From contig DF237322.1 of NCBI GenBank assembly GCA_000708835.1, forward strand, positions 26,139 to 90,138: DNA of 64,000 bases, read 5' to 3'. Below are positions 1-12,331 of the stretch, piece by piece. Made by a program: the position numbers and the translations under genes. The stretch's first letter is position 1. The number at the start of each line of letters is the position of its first letter. The notes under the pieces were generated by a model. It ran no database searches. It saw nothing but the letters and a program-made list of their open reading frames with translations, and was not told the DNA's origin. The stretch comes from Klebsormidium nitens. Lineage: Eukaryota; Plantae; Klebsormidiophyceae.

Positions 1-289
1 AGAGGCTCCAGTTCTTTACTTTCTGCTTGCCATGTATTCCCTTTTTTGGGCTGGATACATAGTGTTTGGGTCTTGGAAAACGGGTAGCTGATCTGGCCCC
101 GCTGATCCGCCGTTTCCCAAAGCCTTATCTCGCAAGGGATAAACGCCTCAATCTGCTCACGAACGACTTTAAATCTCTTGTGCTTATGAGACAAAAGGAG
201 CCCCGTTTCACATAAAACGGGGCCTGCTTTGCAAAGCGCCGCTCAAGTTGTTCATGCTGCTAATCAGTGTCTGTGTTTCTCCTCTCCAG

Positions 290-2093
290 CGTGGGGCCCA
301 GAAAGTTTCTTTCTCCGCACGCGTTATCACAGCGCTCGCCTGGACGGCTGCGGCAGTGTTCCTGGTATGGCAGGGTGCCGCACACCACCGTTGGCTTGAG
401 GTCGTCACCTTCTTCAAGTGAGGGCCGCCGCGCTTCAGAAGAGTCGCATCCAGACCCGTCGTAGAGACTCTGATCGATTGGCCCGGCTTTGACAGTCCAG
501 GTACTTCGGAGCTTCGAAACTGCTTGAAACCACAACATCCGCTTGAGCGTCCCTACCATCAAATGCCTGATCGGAAGCCGACTTCTCCCGCTACTTTGAT
601 GGGTGCTGGCTCGAACTTCTAACCACGTTTTTGGCTTCCCTCAGCGATGTTTGTGCTTACAAATCTTCTCATTCGGAGTTGCCTGCCGAGCTGCTGGTTA
701 CTGTCAAACCCATCGTTAAGACCCTGTCCGGTGCGTGCCTTTGCAGCTACATCCAGTTGGTGATGACCAGCATCAAGTACATTCCGCAGGCCTGGATGAA
801 CTACCGCCGCAAGAGTACCGACGGCTGGAGCATTGAGAGTGAGCGAGCCACGCCAGCCCCCTTGTCATTTTGATTGAATTCATGAAGGGTTAGCGCCGTG
901 ACGGGTAACTGGGGCGGGTGGGGTTGGCTAGGGGGTTAGGGTGGGCACGGATGTGGAGCATGTTAACCATTGGTTTAGGTTTTAAGTCCAAGTGTTTCTG
1001 TTACCCTCCATGGAGCTTGCCCTTCATGAATTGAGACTTATCCCCTTGTCCCGTGTCTTTTCCAACTGCTCTTACGAAGCAACTAAGTAGCTGCAGGTCT
1101 GCCTCTCGCTGCTGCTCCTGCTGACGCGGCAGCTGCGCACTGTGTGCAGACATCCTGCTCGACTTCACGGGGGGGGCATTGTCGCTGGCCATGATGATCC
1201 TGCAGTCAGCGGACCAAGGTGCGGTGCACGCACCGCGCACACCCGTCTCGACTGGAGAGTGCCAGGGAGACGCTCTGCTTGCTGTTGTCTTTCATACGCC
1301 ACAGTCCGATCCCCTCGTTTTTGCTCCTGGGGGTCCGCTTTGTGGCTACCCATCCCGTCCATCTGATTCGTGTTTCGCCGTATTGGGAGGCGTGCATAAG
1401 CAAGCGACCCAGTACGTTGTTCCTTTGAACAAGCTCGCGTGTCCAATCTACGACATACCTCCCGACGAGTCGAACAATTTGTCTCTCTAGCCGCGAGGCT
1501 TTATCCCTTCCCATTCGTTTAGGTCTCCATCTTTCCCTCTGTCCATCTCTCCAGGATCACTGCAAAACCTCGTGGGCAACGTTGGGAAATTAGGACTTTC
1601 TCTGGTGAGTACTTTTCTTGGAGGCGCAGCTGCTTTCAAACTTTTGGCTAGGCCCGGCTGGTTTCTAAATCACCGCAATACAGAAAGCCTTTCAGTCATT
1701 GGCCTCTGGTCGGCAAGTTCCTCCCTGGAATGTTAAGCTAGCATCCAGCCGAGGTTAAATGTCCAGATCGCCTCTGTCGATTGTCACTTCAGTTTTCCTC
1801 TATGTCACCCTCATGTAAAGCAAGGAATCTTGGAGTGTACCGAATCAGACCACGGGCGCCATCCTTTGCGATTTTAGGCAAGCTTTCGTGCGACACCCGC
1901 TTTCGCATGTTTTCTTCAACCTTACAGACTACCATTGCTTATCATTTTGCAGGAGGTGATGTTATTCGATGCGTTTTTTATTCTCCAGCACTACGTACTG
2001 TATACGGATAGAAGCAGCCGCACTGTAGAATCGGCAGCGCCTAAGGTTGTAGAGAAGAGCGAATACCGAGCCGTGGATGTGTCAGAACATTGA
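290..2093 (+). CDS. CTNS: Cystinosin-like PQ-loop lysosomal/vacuolar cystine transporter, 3' exons only (5' end lies upstream of the window)
   Basis: Exons 290-417, 747-838, 1150-1218, 1555-1604 and 1953-2093 join in phase at GT-AG sites. Product: RGAQKVSF...WLEVVTFFNYIQLVMTSIKYIPQAWMNYRRKSTDGWSIENILLDFTGGALSL...GNVGKLGLSLEVMLFDAFFILQHYVLY, with the second PQ motif and the cystinosin C-terminal signature. Confidence 0.9.
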
Positions 2094-3359
2094 CTAGGAA
2101 CGAGTCGGGACACAATTGGGACGATTTTCAGTACGTTCGCTGGAAGCCCCTGCGTCGCTAAAGTGCTCGGCCAACAACCTACTCGTCATCATAAGCGGCA
2201 TGCATACTCAAATTCATATCAAGCTTGCCCAGCTGGGTGACAACCAAGTGTGGATCAGCCGATCTGTATACCGTGATGATTAATGCTTCTGCATGCTTAA
2301 TGCTTACAACCGGCTACAAAAGGGTGTCATGCATGAATGTCAAATGTCAATTTCTTATATGACTTGTATCTTGCATCGGACATCCATATATGGGGTGTGA
2401 TACCTTATATGATCGACGTACGGTTGGCAAAAACATGGTGCCAATATGCATATGATCGCAATCAGGACAGTATGTAGGAGCTAGAGATCCCTCAATAGCC
2501 TCGGTGGCCCACGTATTGCAACAAGATTGCAGTGGACTCCAATGCATGATGCATTAGAATTAAATCCCACAGCATATGGTCACGTACTGCATGTTGGAGG
2601 CCACGCGCATCTGAAAGAAATTATACGGACAATTGCACAAATACAGTTTGTTATACAGTCATTGATGATACGTTTCTGCAATTGCATGTTCAACTGGATG
2701 CAATTTGAATTTAGATTGAGTCGCATCGAGATATACATGTGTAAAGCTGGGTGTAGTTATATGGTGAACGAGTATACTTCTATGGAATTCATCATTCATG
2801 AATTTATGCACTGAATATCGGAACAACGATTTCTTTGCAACGAAATACTGCATTAAAACACCTCGGTTTTGGTCACTAGATTATCAAAGTTGCACAACTT
2901 CCTCCGCATGTCAGAAAAGTAGCGAGCTTTGCTGTCGAGCAGCTGCATTTTTTTCGAACGAAAAAAAAGGTTTCAAACACCAATAGCGAGATCACCTCCA
3001 TGTCAACAGCCCAAGAAAAACCCATGGGCCACAATGGAACACAAGACATACCAATGTGTAATACGAAGTTCAATTACTTGTGATGAAGAGCGGAAAGTGT
3101 CAGCACAAATGTAGCAAGTTCGACAATGTCATATCCTCATATGTGAATATGTCAGATCAGTGCCTCAAAATTTTTTGATCGCCCTCTGACCTGTCCTATC
3201 CTATCCTCGTAACATGACATGAGCAGCACCTGAGGCTGGCCGGATGTTCCCGAACCCTGAAGTTGCTCATTTTAGTCTAGCCTCTGGATTGATTACATAA
3301 GTAGAAAGAATGTACAATGCTCCCCATCCTCCTATGGTACTGTTACAGACTAACTCTCA

Positions 3360-4500
3360 TCACTTGTCTGAACCCTGGCTCGCACCCTCCCTTGCTCCGC
3401 TGACGGTCTCTTTCAATCTGCTGCCAGTCTCCTTTGCAACCTTGCTCACCTGCAAGCACAAGTTAATCAAGAGTTGGGCATTCAAGCAAAACATCTGCGG
3501 TCTTTCATAGAGTACCGCGTGTGGCCGCATTCACTAAGCCCTCAGTTTTGCTACCAACTGTAGCCAAGAAGGTGAGCCGTCAATATGCTCGGGACACGAC
3601 ACTGGCTTGCTTCTAGAAACTCATGATACCTATCCAGTTGGAAGTTGACAGGCAGAAACCTTTGCCCAACTGGTTAGTCTCCAAAGGTTGCTACACATAG
3701 CAAACGATGTTACCCACCTTCCTCCCTGCCTCCGACAGACCCTTTGCCATGTCACTGAAAGCGTTGCCAGCCTCATCCTTGGCCTCCCTGCATAACCGTC
3801 ATGCGCCATCAGTGCCTTATCAAATTGAACAACAAATGTTGATTGGTCCCATGAGGATTGCATGCACTTGCTGGTCACCTCTGGTCACCCTCTGACCTGA
3901 TTTCAATCAAACTCTTTTGCACCAATCCGGTAGATCCTTAAACAGAAGTGTGCATCCGACTTGGTGCATGCAAACTCTATTTCAAGGACTTACCCTGGCT
4001 TGCCTTCTGCCGCTTTCTCTGCTACTCGTCTTCCATCTTCCCGGGCCCTCCCCTTGTTGGCTGCCTCACTAGATTCTGGGCTAGGTACTTCAGACTGTAA
4101 AAGGAGCATGCATGCACGCGATTCATTTGAGGAAGGTAAGCTCTGGGGTCAATCCAATCCTTGAAAGCCTTGTAAAACATCACGATTACGAGCTTGGATG
4201 CACAACAAACCTCGGATGCACTGCAGGAACATGCCCTCGCAATTGCAGAAGAAGGTTGAAATGAAGACTACTCATTATGCAAATGCTGCTTTGAAAACGA
4301 AATCATGCACTTTGCTTCCAAAGGCATTGGATAGTGTCTGGAGGCGCCTATGTGCAGCAGCAAACTTGACCCAATGCATGCAGGATGATGAAGAGAAAGG
4401 GCATAGCAGAGAAACCTTGGTGTCTTACCGAGGCAAAGCTTCTGCTGCTGGTTCCCCAGGTTGCCGCCGCTGCCCTCCGAGCCACTCTTCCTGCAAGCAT
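3360..4500 (-). CDS. Small (110 aa) hydrophilic LEA-like protein with putative mitochondrial presequence; family unassigned
   Basis: Exons 4500-4429, 4094-3994, 3787-3718 and 3449-3360 have canonical GT/AG sites and consistent phases (333 nt). Product: MLAGRVARRAAAATWGTSSRSFASSEVPSPESSEAANKGRAREDGRRVAEKAAEGKPGEAKDEAGNAFSDMAKGLSEAGRKVSKVAKETGSRLKETVSGAREGASQGSDK*. Confidence 0.7.
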
Positions 4501-4793
4501 GGTAGCGTCTGTGCGAAGGAGCAGGGTCACACCCTCCATGAGTGCCATATTTTCGAGATGCGAACAATCTCAGATGCGAGGTCAACAAGGGCTGATAGCT
4601 TGCAAGGCGTCTAGAACGGATCGAATAGCTAGCAATGTGGTCTGCGGAAAAGTTGAGAATATCGCAACCTGCTCCTCGACTTTTAAGCTAGCGACGCGTT
4701 GCGCAGCTCTGCCAGTACCTACTGCTAGCACTAGCTGATGGTTTGCGTTTGATGCAGAGTCAATCGCAGCGCTAGACACGACAGATCACGAGT

Positions 4794-4802
4794 GCCACGT
4801 CA
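4794..4802 (-). promoter_or_regulatory. ABRE/G-box-like element (TGACGTGGC) about 300 bp upstream of the LEA-like gene
   Basis: Plus strand gccacgtca is ACGTGGC on the minus strand. A CE3-like ACGCGT lies near 4694. Short motif that could occur by chance. Confidence 0.35.
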
Positions 4803-5719
4803 GGTGCTCGCTTTTGGTCCTTTTGACAAGTGTCCCCTTGTCCACGCAGCAAAAGCTAAGGGGCTCCCTCGCGGTACAGACCGCTGACTAGTTGAGCATA
4901 CCGGGTATCGGGCATCAGCCTCTCTGTGCCGCTGACCCGTGTTTTCAGGGAGTCGGGATGGGACTTGGTGGTCAAAAGCCCGCAAGGCAGAGTCGGCTGC
5001 TCCGGCCCCGGGCACTCAACACACAAGTTACAAGTTACAACGGTGGACCGTGGGACCGATTGCTAGATAGTTTCCCGTAGTTTACCGTACCGCACAGGTT
5101 GGCAGTTGCCCCTGGCCAATGCGGCACAAATCAAATTTACATGCTTCAGTCTGACCGGTGCCCGGGCCGGGTCCACAGGGGTGCCAGATGGAGGGTTTGA
5201 ATGACTGCCTAATTCGGGTTGTGAGCATTCACACTACAGGCCAGGTGCGATGTACCGACTGCATGTGGCACGCCGCTGACCATCATTGAAAGAGAAAGGC
5301 ATTTTAAAACGTTTTTAAATTTGCAGGCTTCCTCATGTCACAAATTACGTATATATGCAGGATTTTGCAGGGCGGGTGGCTGCTCCGGACGCTGCTCCTC
5401 AGTTCGCCACAGGTTGTTGTTGAAAGGCGCTCCCGCGAGAGGCAGGTCCTAAGGATGACTTTACTAGACAGCAGAGTGTTGCGGCCTTTCGTATTGGACT
5501 CCAACAAGTGTGTCGCCTTACATCAGTAAAGAGTGGAGCTCAGGGAAGAAAGAAGAATTTGCGAAGTTGTCAAGCTCCGGAACAGGGGTTTAGGGCAATT
5601 TTGCAAGAGTATCAAGCTCCTAGCGCTTCAGTCCCCGGCACAGCAATAAGATCAGAAATACGGTACCGTGTCGTGTCATCTGCATCAACAACTTCTGGGG
5701 TAGATCGCACTTATACAAC

Positions 5720-8700
5720 ATGTCGTCTGACGTCAGACGGCCGCTGCTTTCAAGAAGCGAAAGTTGTCATCACTTGGGCGCACATCTAGATCATCCGTCG
5801 GACCATCACCATGGTAAGATACTCCAAACAAAGTCCTCCTCTGTCTATTGTGCTTGTTTTTGTTGAAGAAGTGAAGTGCTTGTATGGCAGTCCCATGCCG
5901 GAAGGCAGCTTCTCAGACCTTGTGTGTTACATGCAGGGTTTGGTGCCAAGAGCATCTCGTCCTGGGGGTGAGCTCTTTTAACCGCTCTTCCTTTTGACCA
6001 GTTCCATCTGTTGAGGCCTCTGATACATGCCTGGTCTGGATTGCTTCATCAGCTTCTGGTAATTTTGTTGATTCTGTCACCAGAGTGCATCTCAGTCACG
6101 CTAGCTCAGGTGTCCTTGTACTCACGGCAATTATACATTTCAGGTCAGCTGCTCTTATCTACAATGGCGCCACTGGCACGGCGATGGTGGTGTTGCCCCT
6201 GTTGTACCAGCAAGCAGGCTGGGTGACCCCCACCATGGGCTTACTAACCATGTACATTCTCAGTAGCTTTGCGGCTGTAAGTACTCATGAAACCTTTGTT
6301 TTATGTCTTCCTGTTCCCTTTGACTGGTGCAATTTACAGCTTCTGAGGCAGAGATCAGGGCACTGGACGCAGCCTGGTGCAATGGTACAGCAACGATTGT
6401 GGTAGACATGCTGATGCCTGAAATTGCATTGGGCAGGGACCTGCATTGCATCATCTGGAAGCTGATTTTTTCTTGTCTTGTGTGCAGTCCATGCTTTGCG
6501 AAGCCATTCAGCGCATTCCTGGAAACAAGGGGTTCAGCCGCCGCTGGGAGTACTGCAATGTGGTCAACCATTATTTTGGGTCTGCCGCGTACATGGCCGC
6601 CCAAGTTGGATTCAACCTCACCCTCCAGGCTGCAAACATTTCGGCGATGATTGTCACCGCCCAGGTACAAGATCAACTAACAGTTCGCTATATCATTTTT
6701 GGCGCTGACAAGAGCATTAGCAGTCAGAAGAGATCATTCAATCATATTATGCTCGTCCCTCTGGCGCCAGTCAAGAGCTCTAGTGGTCAAACCCTGGACC
6801 CCAGTCGTCGTAGTCGTCCTGGAGATTTTCAGGGCAATGTAGAAGTAGAATCTCCAACGTTTGTTAGAATTCATTCTCAATCGTTGAGTATTTGACAGGC
6901 GCAAAGGGCACGATATCTGCAGCATTGTGTTGCTGGAGCAGTGGTGGAAGCGCGGAAAGTCTTTGTGAAGCGAACCCCCTGAGATTTCTCTTCCACAGAG
7001 ATGCATAGCGCATTATGCCTGCAGAATTGTGCTTTTAATTGCCTCTAGGCCACACCAAGCTAACACGTTTCGGCATACGTCGGTGGTAGGAAGTACAGAA
7101 GACCCCCCTCCTCAAGAACTCCCACTTTACAAGAAGGTGTTTCTGAACTTTGTGAGTGCCAAAAGATTCCGTCCTCTTAGCCTTGTGACACAAGACTTTG
7201 TGCTTGTTTTGGCACCACCGTCATCTGCGCAAATGCTTCCTCCAGGTAATGGACGGCTTTGTGAGGGACCAGGTGGGGGCCAGCTATGCCATCCATTATG
7301 GAGCCTGGCCACTCAGCTTTGTGCGCTCTGCCTCGCTGGACTCAGGCTCCGCCTGCGCATGGGGCGAGCTGCCGGGCGGCGGCTGCGACGCCAATGTTAT
7401 CTCGCTTGGGTGAGTGCCTGCCACAACTCCACTCGAAGCCATGCTTGGCTGCACGGCAAGCCGATGTTGACTCCGTGCCTGATGCATACAGATGATTGTA
7501 TTCTCGTACTTCGGGTTTTGTGAGCTGTGGCCCAGCTTTCTCCTGTTTCATTGAATGATTTCGCATGCCTGTTTGCCACTGCTCAACCTGCTAGAGCTGT
7601 CCCCCTAGAGCTGTCCCCGTCTCGGGCGCTGACTGGCCTCCGTTTGTGCGGTGGGGCAGGTTCGTGCTGTGCATGGCCATCTGCATCCCCTTCGGCTGGC
7701 TCAACCTGGAGGACAACATGGGCTTCCAGTGGCTGTCGTGCATCGGCACCATTGTGTTCACCTTCGAGTTCATGTACGAGTTTGCAAAGCGCCTCATCCC
7801 TGGGGCGCCCCTCTACTGCCCGGGGAACGGCCCCTCCCGCACCCCGCCCTTTTTACTCCAGCAGCACCAGGTGAGGGACAGCACGTGGAAGTGACTGAGC
7901 GCGAGGACCAGAGCGTGTGTTTTCAACTGTTTGCCCGAATGAGAATCGTTGTGAAAAGTTGCCGTTGGTCGGTGCAACGTAGGTGCTGGCTGACCCGGTT
8001 GTGGTGCCGTTGCAGGTGTTGGGCATCTGTGTGTTTGCGTACAGCTACGTCTGCACCGTTCCATCCTGGCTCAACGAGAAGCGCCCAGGCGTCAACGTGA
8101 ACCGCTCGCTCTGGCTTCCAGTTGCGGGCGCGCTTGTAACATCCCTGGTGAGTTTACAAGCCTCTTGCCAGCGCTGGATTGCGAGCCTTCGCAGGCAGGC
8201 CCTGGCCCCTCAATTTGTCTGGCTTCGGGCCAAACCCGTCGACCAGGGCAGTCATCTTCGACACGCTTCTTCAACGTCATTCCACCTCCAGCTCAGTCGA
8301 CGTTCACCACTTCGCTCTTGTGATGCCTCCACTTCAAGGCTGACTCGTCCGGCACCACTTCGAAGGCGGCTACCCGCATGTCCGGTCGTTTCTACTTGCT
8401 TGTATCTGGAAAGTCTTCTGTTTGTGCCAGGAGTTTCAATGCGACCGGTTTCCACGACGACCGGTAATTGCATGGGCACCCGAAACGTGTGCTGCTCAGC
8501 TCGGGCCCCTTTCTGCGCACTTTGTCGCTGATGCGCTCCCGTGGTCGCAGGTGGTGGGTTTTCTAGGCGCCTGGTCGTATCAACTAGTGGACGTGGGGGG
8601 ACACGCGCTGAGCGGCGCGGAAGACATTCTCAAAGTGCTGGATGCCAAGGCGGCCCCCGCCACGAGTTGCCACTGGGTGGCGCCGCAGCCGCTGCTTCAA

Positions 8701-10110
8701 TACAGTATCGTGGGGTGGTCCTTCCTGGGCTTCGTGCCGCAGATCCCGGTGCAGGGCATCAACGTGCGGTACAACCTGCAGAGCGGGGGCATCTGCGGGC
8801 CCGAGACGGCGTTCTTCTGGGGGGTCGTCGCGCCCTGGATCGGGACCGCGTTCTTGTATCAACGAGAGGTGAGGCCGCGACACAGCAGGGGAAGGGAGAG
8901 ATGACGTCTTGTGGGGCCGTGGTTTACCGGTTTACCAATTCCTGGCGGGCTGCGGCTGCGCTGCCGAAGCTAGGAAAGATTTTGGTACTAAGGTCGAACA
9001 GCACCCTTACGTGTCGGACTCTAGATCCGAGGTTCACCTCACTTGTAGCGCTGCAGCCCTAGCTGCATCTGGGGACGAAGCCGGCAAAGGATGCCCTGAA
9101 GCTTCTTCAAATTGCGATGTTGCAGTAAGTAACGGCAAGTAACACATTGTATGTGAAGGGTCCGGTTCGACCAGGCACGAGGCACGGTTTGTGAGCCTTC
9201 AGACCCGGACTTCAGCTCGTGATCGCCGGCTGGCTGCGACTAAAATTGCCCCAATTTTTCCCAGAACTGGCTTACTAATATTGCCGACAGCTCACGAACA
9301 TGGAAAGACATTTACCGACACGCTAGGCGCTGCTGACGGCGCCCCAGTAGTCCGCTCTCGTGCCGCGTGCCGCCGTCCCCTGACGCGGCTGGCGTGTCCG
9401 TCGCAGGTGCTATCGGTGCTGGCCAACTGGACGTCCATTTTGGTGGGCACGTTCATCAACTTCATCGTGCCGCCGTTGCTGTACCGCGCCGCGTGCCGCC
9501 GCTACCCGACCTTGGACGATGAGGACGACGAGGAAGCCCCCGCCGAGGACGCGCCCTGGAAGCTGCCGTCCGTGCGGACAGGACCACTCGAAACGGTGGT
9601 CAGTGGGGTCGTGCTGGGCGAGTCAGCCCCCGAGCTTACGTGAGTGGTCCGTAGTCGTCCACAAACACTGCAACGCATTTGTTGGTGCATGCGGTGCGGT
9701 TGAGCCTTGCTGGCTTTGGCTGATGCGAGCTGCCGCTTTTGCGTTCATTGGCAGATCTGGAGGCGGCGTGCGGTAAATATGTTGTACAGCCTTGCGCTTT
9801 TGGTCACTCGGTCGTCCGTTCATGCAGCAATGTTGCGGACCCTGAGGAGGTGCCTCCGCGGAGAGATCAGCGGGCACGGAGGCGCGATGCCAGCTGGGGG
9901 GAGGAGTCCATCGAGAAAGTATGCGGGATCTGCAAACGAAGCGTCTCGTTTGTTATACGTGCCTCGCATTTGGACGAGCCAGCCGTGGATGCAGTGCCGA
10001 AATGGCTGCGAGTGAAGCCTCGACACTTGGTGACCGGCATGGTGGTTCTCTTGGCGATCTTGACCTCAAGCGGTGCTGTCAGCTCGCTCGTGTACAGAGT
10101 GCAGAACTAG
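5720..10110 (+). CDS. Amino acid transporter (Aa_trans/AAAP family), multi-exon
   Basis: Exon 1 (5720-5813) encodes MSSDVRRPLL...HHH. It is followed by GFGAKSISSWGSAALIYNGATGTAMVVLPLLYQQAGW, MLCEAIQRIPGN, FVLCMAICIPFGWLNLEDNMGFQW, VFAYSYVCTVPSWLNEK and a final TM exon ending YRVQN* at 10110. About 11 TM segments. Confidence 0.85.
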
Positions 10111-10908
10111 TGTGTAAGGACTCCTCTACCGGGGAGTCCGTTGATGTGTTTGCGAAAGCAGTTGCTAAACTGCTTCAATAATCTGCTTTGCGGTAGAAAG
10201 TGCCGCGCAAGCCAAAAGTTCAGGGCTGCAAAGGGCTGCAAGCGTATACCGTGTCTGATATTCAGAAACTCGATGAATCGAGGGTTAATGTATATAATCG
10301 TCCGCTTATGCTTTGGCGAGACTTTATTTGCGCCTGAGCAATTCAGCTAGCTAGTCAGAGACCAGGAGGACTATTCATAGGCAGTTTTCTACAGTTTGCA
10401 GTTGAAACTGATTGCTTGAGGTCTCACTGAGATGACCATTAATGATTTTACTCATGTTCGTCCAGCGACGTTTCTTAGAATCACAACCGATATTTTCAAG
10501 ATTACAAGGGCGTCAATATACCTTTGAAGACATGCGAACAAGTGCATGCATGGTTATGCATCTCATTACGACTTTATATGCAGCGAGAATAGTATGAACC
10601 CTACTCACAGGTGATACAATTGCGAACAGGATTAATGCATAAAGTAGCAAGCTGCCCTTCCTAGCAGGAAACGAAGGTGCCGCTATAACCTGCCTGAAGC
10701 AGCCTGGCCATGTTATTGTACATGTCTGCATGGGCATCATCGTGCATTCAATCTTGCACTGTATTATCTGATTCTTCCAGGTCGGGCCCCGAATAGGGGG
10801 CTCGAACATCTCCAAGCTATAACCAGGCCTCTGTGACAACCTGATACCATACTGGTGAATCAAAGAGTTTTTCTCTTGATCTTGCTCAGTGGATCGTGTC
10901 ACGCATGT

Positions 10909-12331
10909 TCAGTGTACTTGCAAAGCCGCCAGCTTTGCGAGCAGCGCCTGCTCCCGCTCTTGCATCTTCTTTTCTAGCTGCCCTCTCAGCTCGGGCAGCT
11001 GCTGCTCCAGAGCCAGGCGCACCTTTTCGGTCACCTCATCTGGGATAGCCGCGCGGTACGCTGCCTCGATCTCCTCTTGCCGTGCCCTTTCATCTGCCGC
11101 CTGCTTCTCAGCCTGTATTCAAGGTTGCATCCTAAATAAGTTCGTTTATGCTGGAAGGCAATCAGTCAGCCGTTGACAGAAGAAGGCCATGCATGACTGA
11201 TAGTACAGCACCACGAAGTGTGAGCAAAGTGTGCTCCTACTAATTCGAAGCTCAACTCTGTTGATTGCGGTATGGATATACCATGACCAACGGGCTGGAC
11301 GTGTTCCAAAAACGACAAAAAACTGTTCGAACGTGTTCAGGCTCCAAACTTCGGTTTCTTCAAAAATGACACCACGCCACTCTTTGAAGGCAGAGTTTCT
11401 GGTTCTGACTCACCCGCAGCTGATTTTCTCTTTCTTCTGCTTCTTTCCTTGCCTCCTCTAGCTTGAGGTCCCATTCAACCTGGGACATGGCCTCAGCCAG
11501 AGGCTGCAACAAGGGTGCTTCCTCCAGGCCATCATCGAGCAAGCTCGTGCAAGCGATTGTCAGCGTGCATCGTTGAGTGAAGGCATATTGGTATAACCTG
11601 AAGGGAGAAAAGCAATTGCCAGCACCTTAGAGGCCATCTGAAAGTGTTGCCACCCGCCCTTCATCGACATGGGGGCAAGACTTTGCAAAGGACCAGGAGG
11701 GCTCGTAGAGCATCCACAAACGTCACAGCAATTGGAGTCCAAGTTTTGGAAAAGTCGGCTGGCCCCAGAACTGCGCTTGCTCTACCCCAAGACAAAACAA
11801 ACCAGTAGCAGCCGTTCATGAAAGCCGCTGCTCCTTTAGACACACACATTGACAAGCAGAACGTCTTTTGCAGCATGTTCACCAGTACCAGCTGCATCAT
11901 CAACAGCTAGGGCCCGATCCTTCATCTCACTTGTAGTGCTTAAAGTAGGTCCTGATGACGTGCTCGGTCAGCAGCTTCACGTGCTCCAGAGGAAGAATGC
12001 CTGCACTGAACGGTGGCCGCTGCACGCTGTAGCCCAGGAGCAGGGACTTGAAGTACGCAAAACTTCGCTCGGGTGTCAAGCGCTCGAGCACAGATCGTTC
12101 ATGAGTGGCCTTGACAATCTTCAGCACTGCCGAGGTTTGAGAAGGTTCCAGGCCAGCTTGCGTACAGAACTGAAAAAGGTGAAGGAGAAGATCAAGTGCG
12201 ATGCTTTCTGTGCTCCCTGATCCCGTCTTCTCGTCAAACCCTAAAATGGAGGCCAGGCACCTCCTCCTGTCGGACAGCGAAGAATATTGAGCCACCTCTA
12301 CGACTTGCTTACCCTCCATTTGCGGCAACAT
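10909..12331 (-). CDS. CFAP119: Flagellar central-pair C1a subunit, CLAMP/C1a-32 family (CFAP119/CCDC189-like)
   Basis: Three exons: FKSLLLGYSVQRPPFSAGILPLEHVKLLTEHVIRTYFKHYK | LYQYAFTQ...EEARKEAEERENQLR | coiled-coil tail ending LAALQVH*. SVQRPPFS..YF.HYKLY is the CLAMP signature. Start could be 12331 or 12319. Confidence 0.8.
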
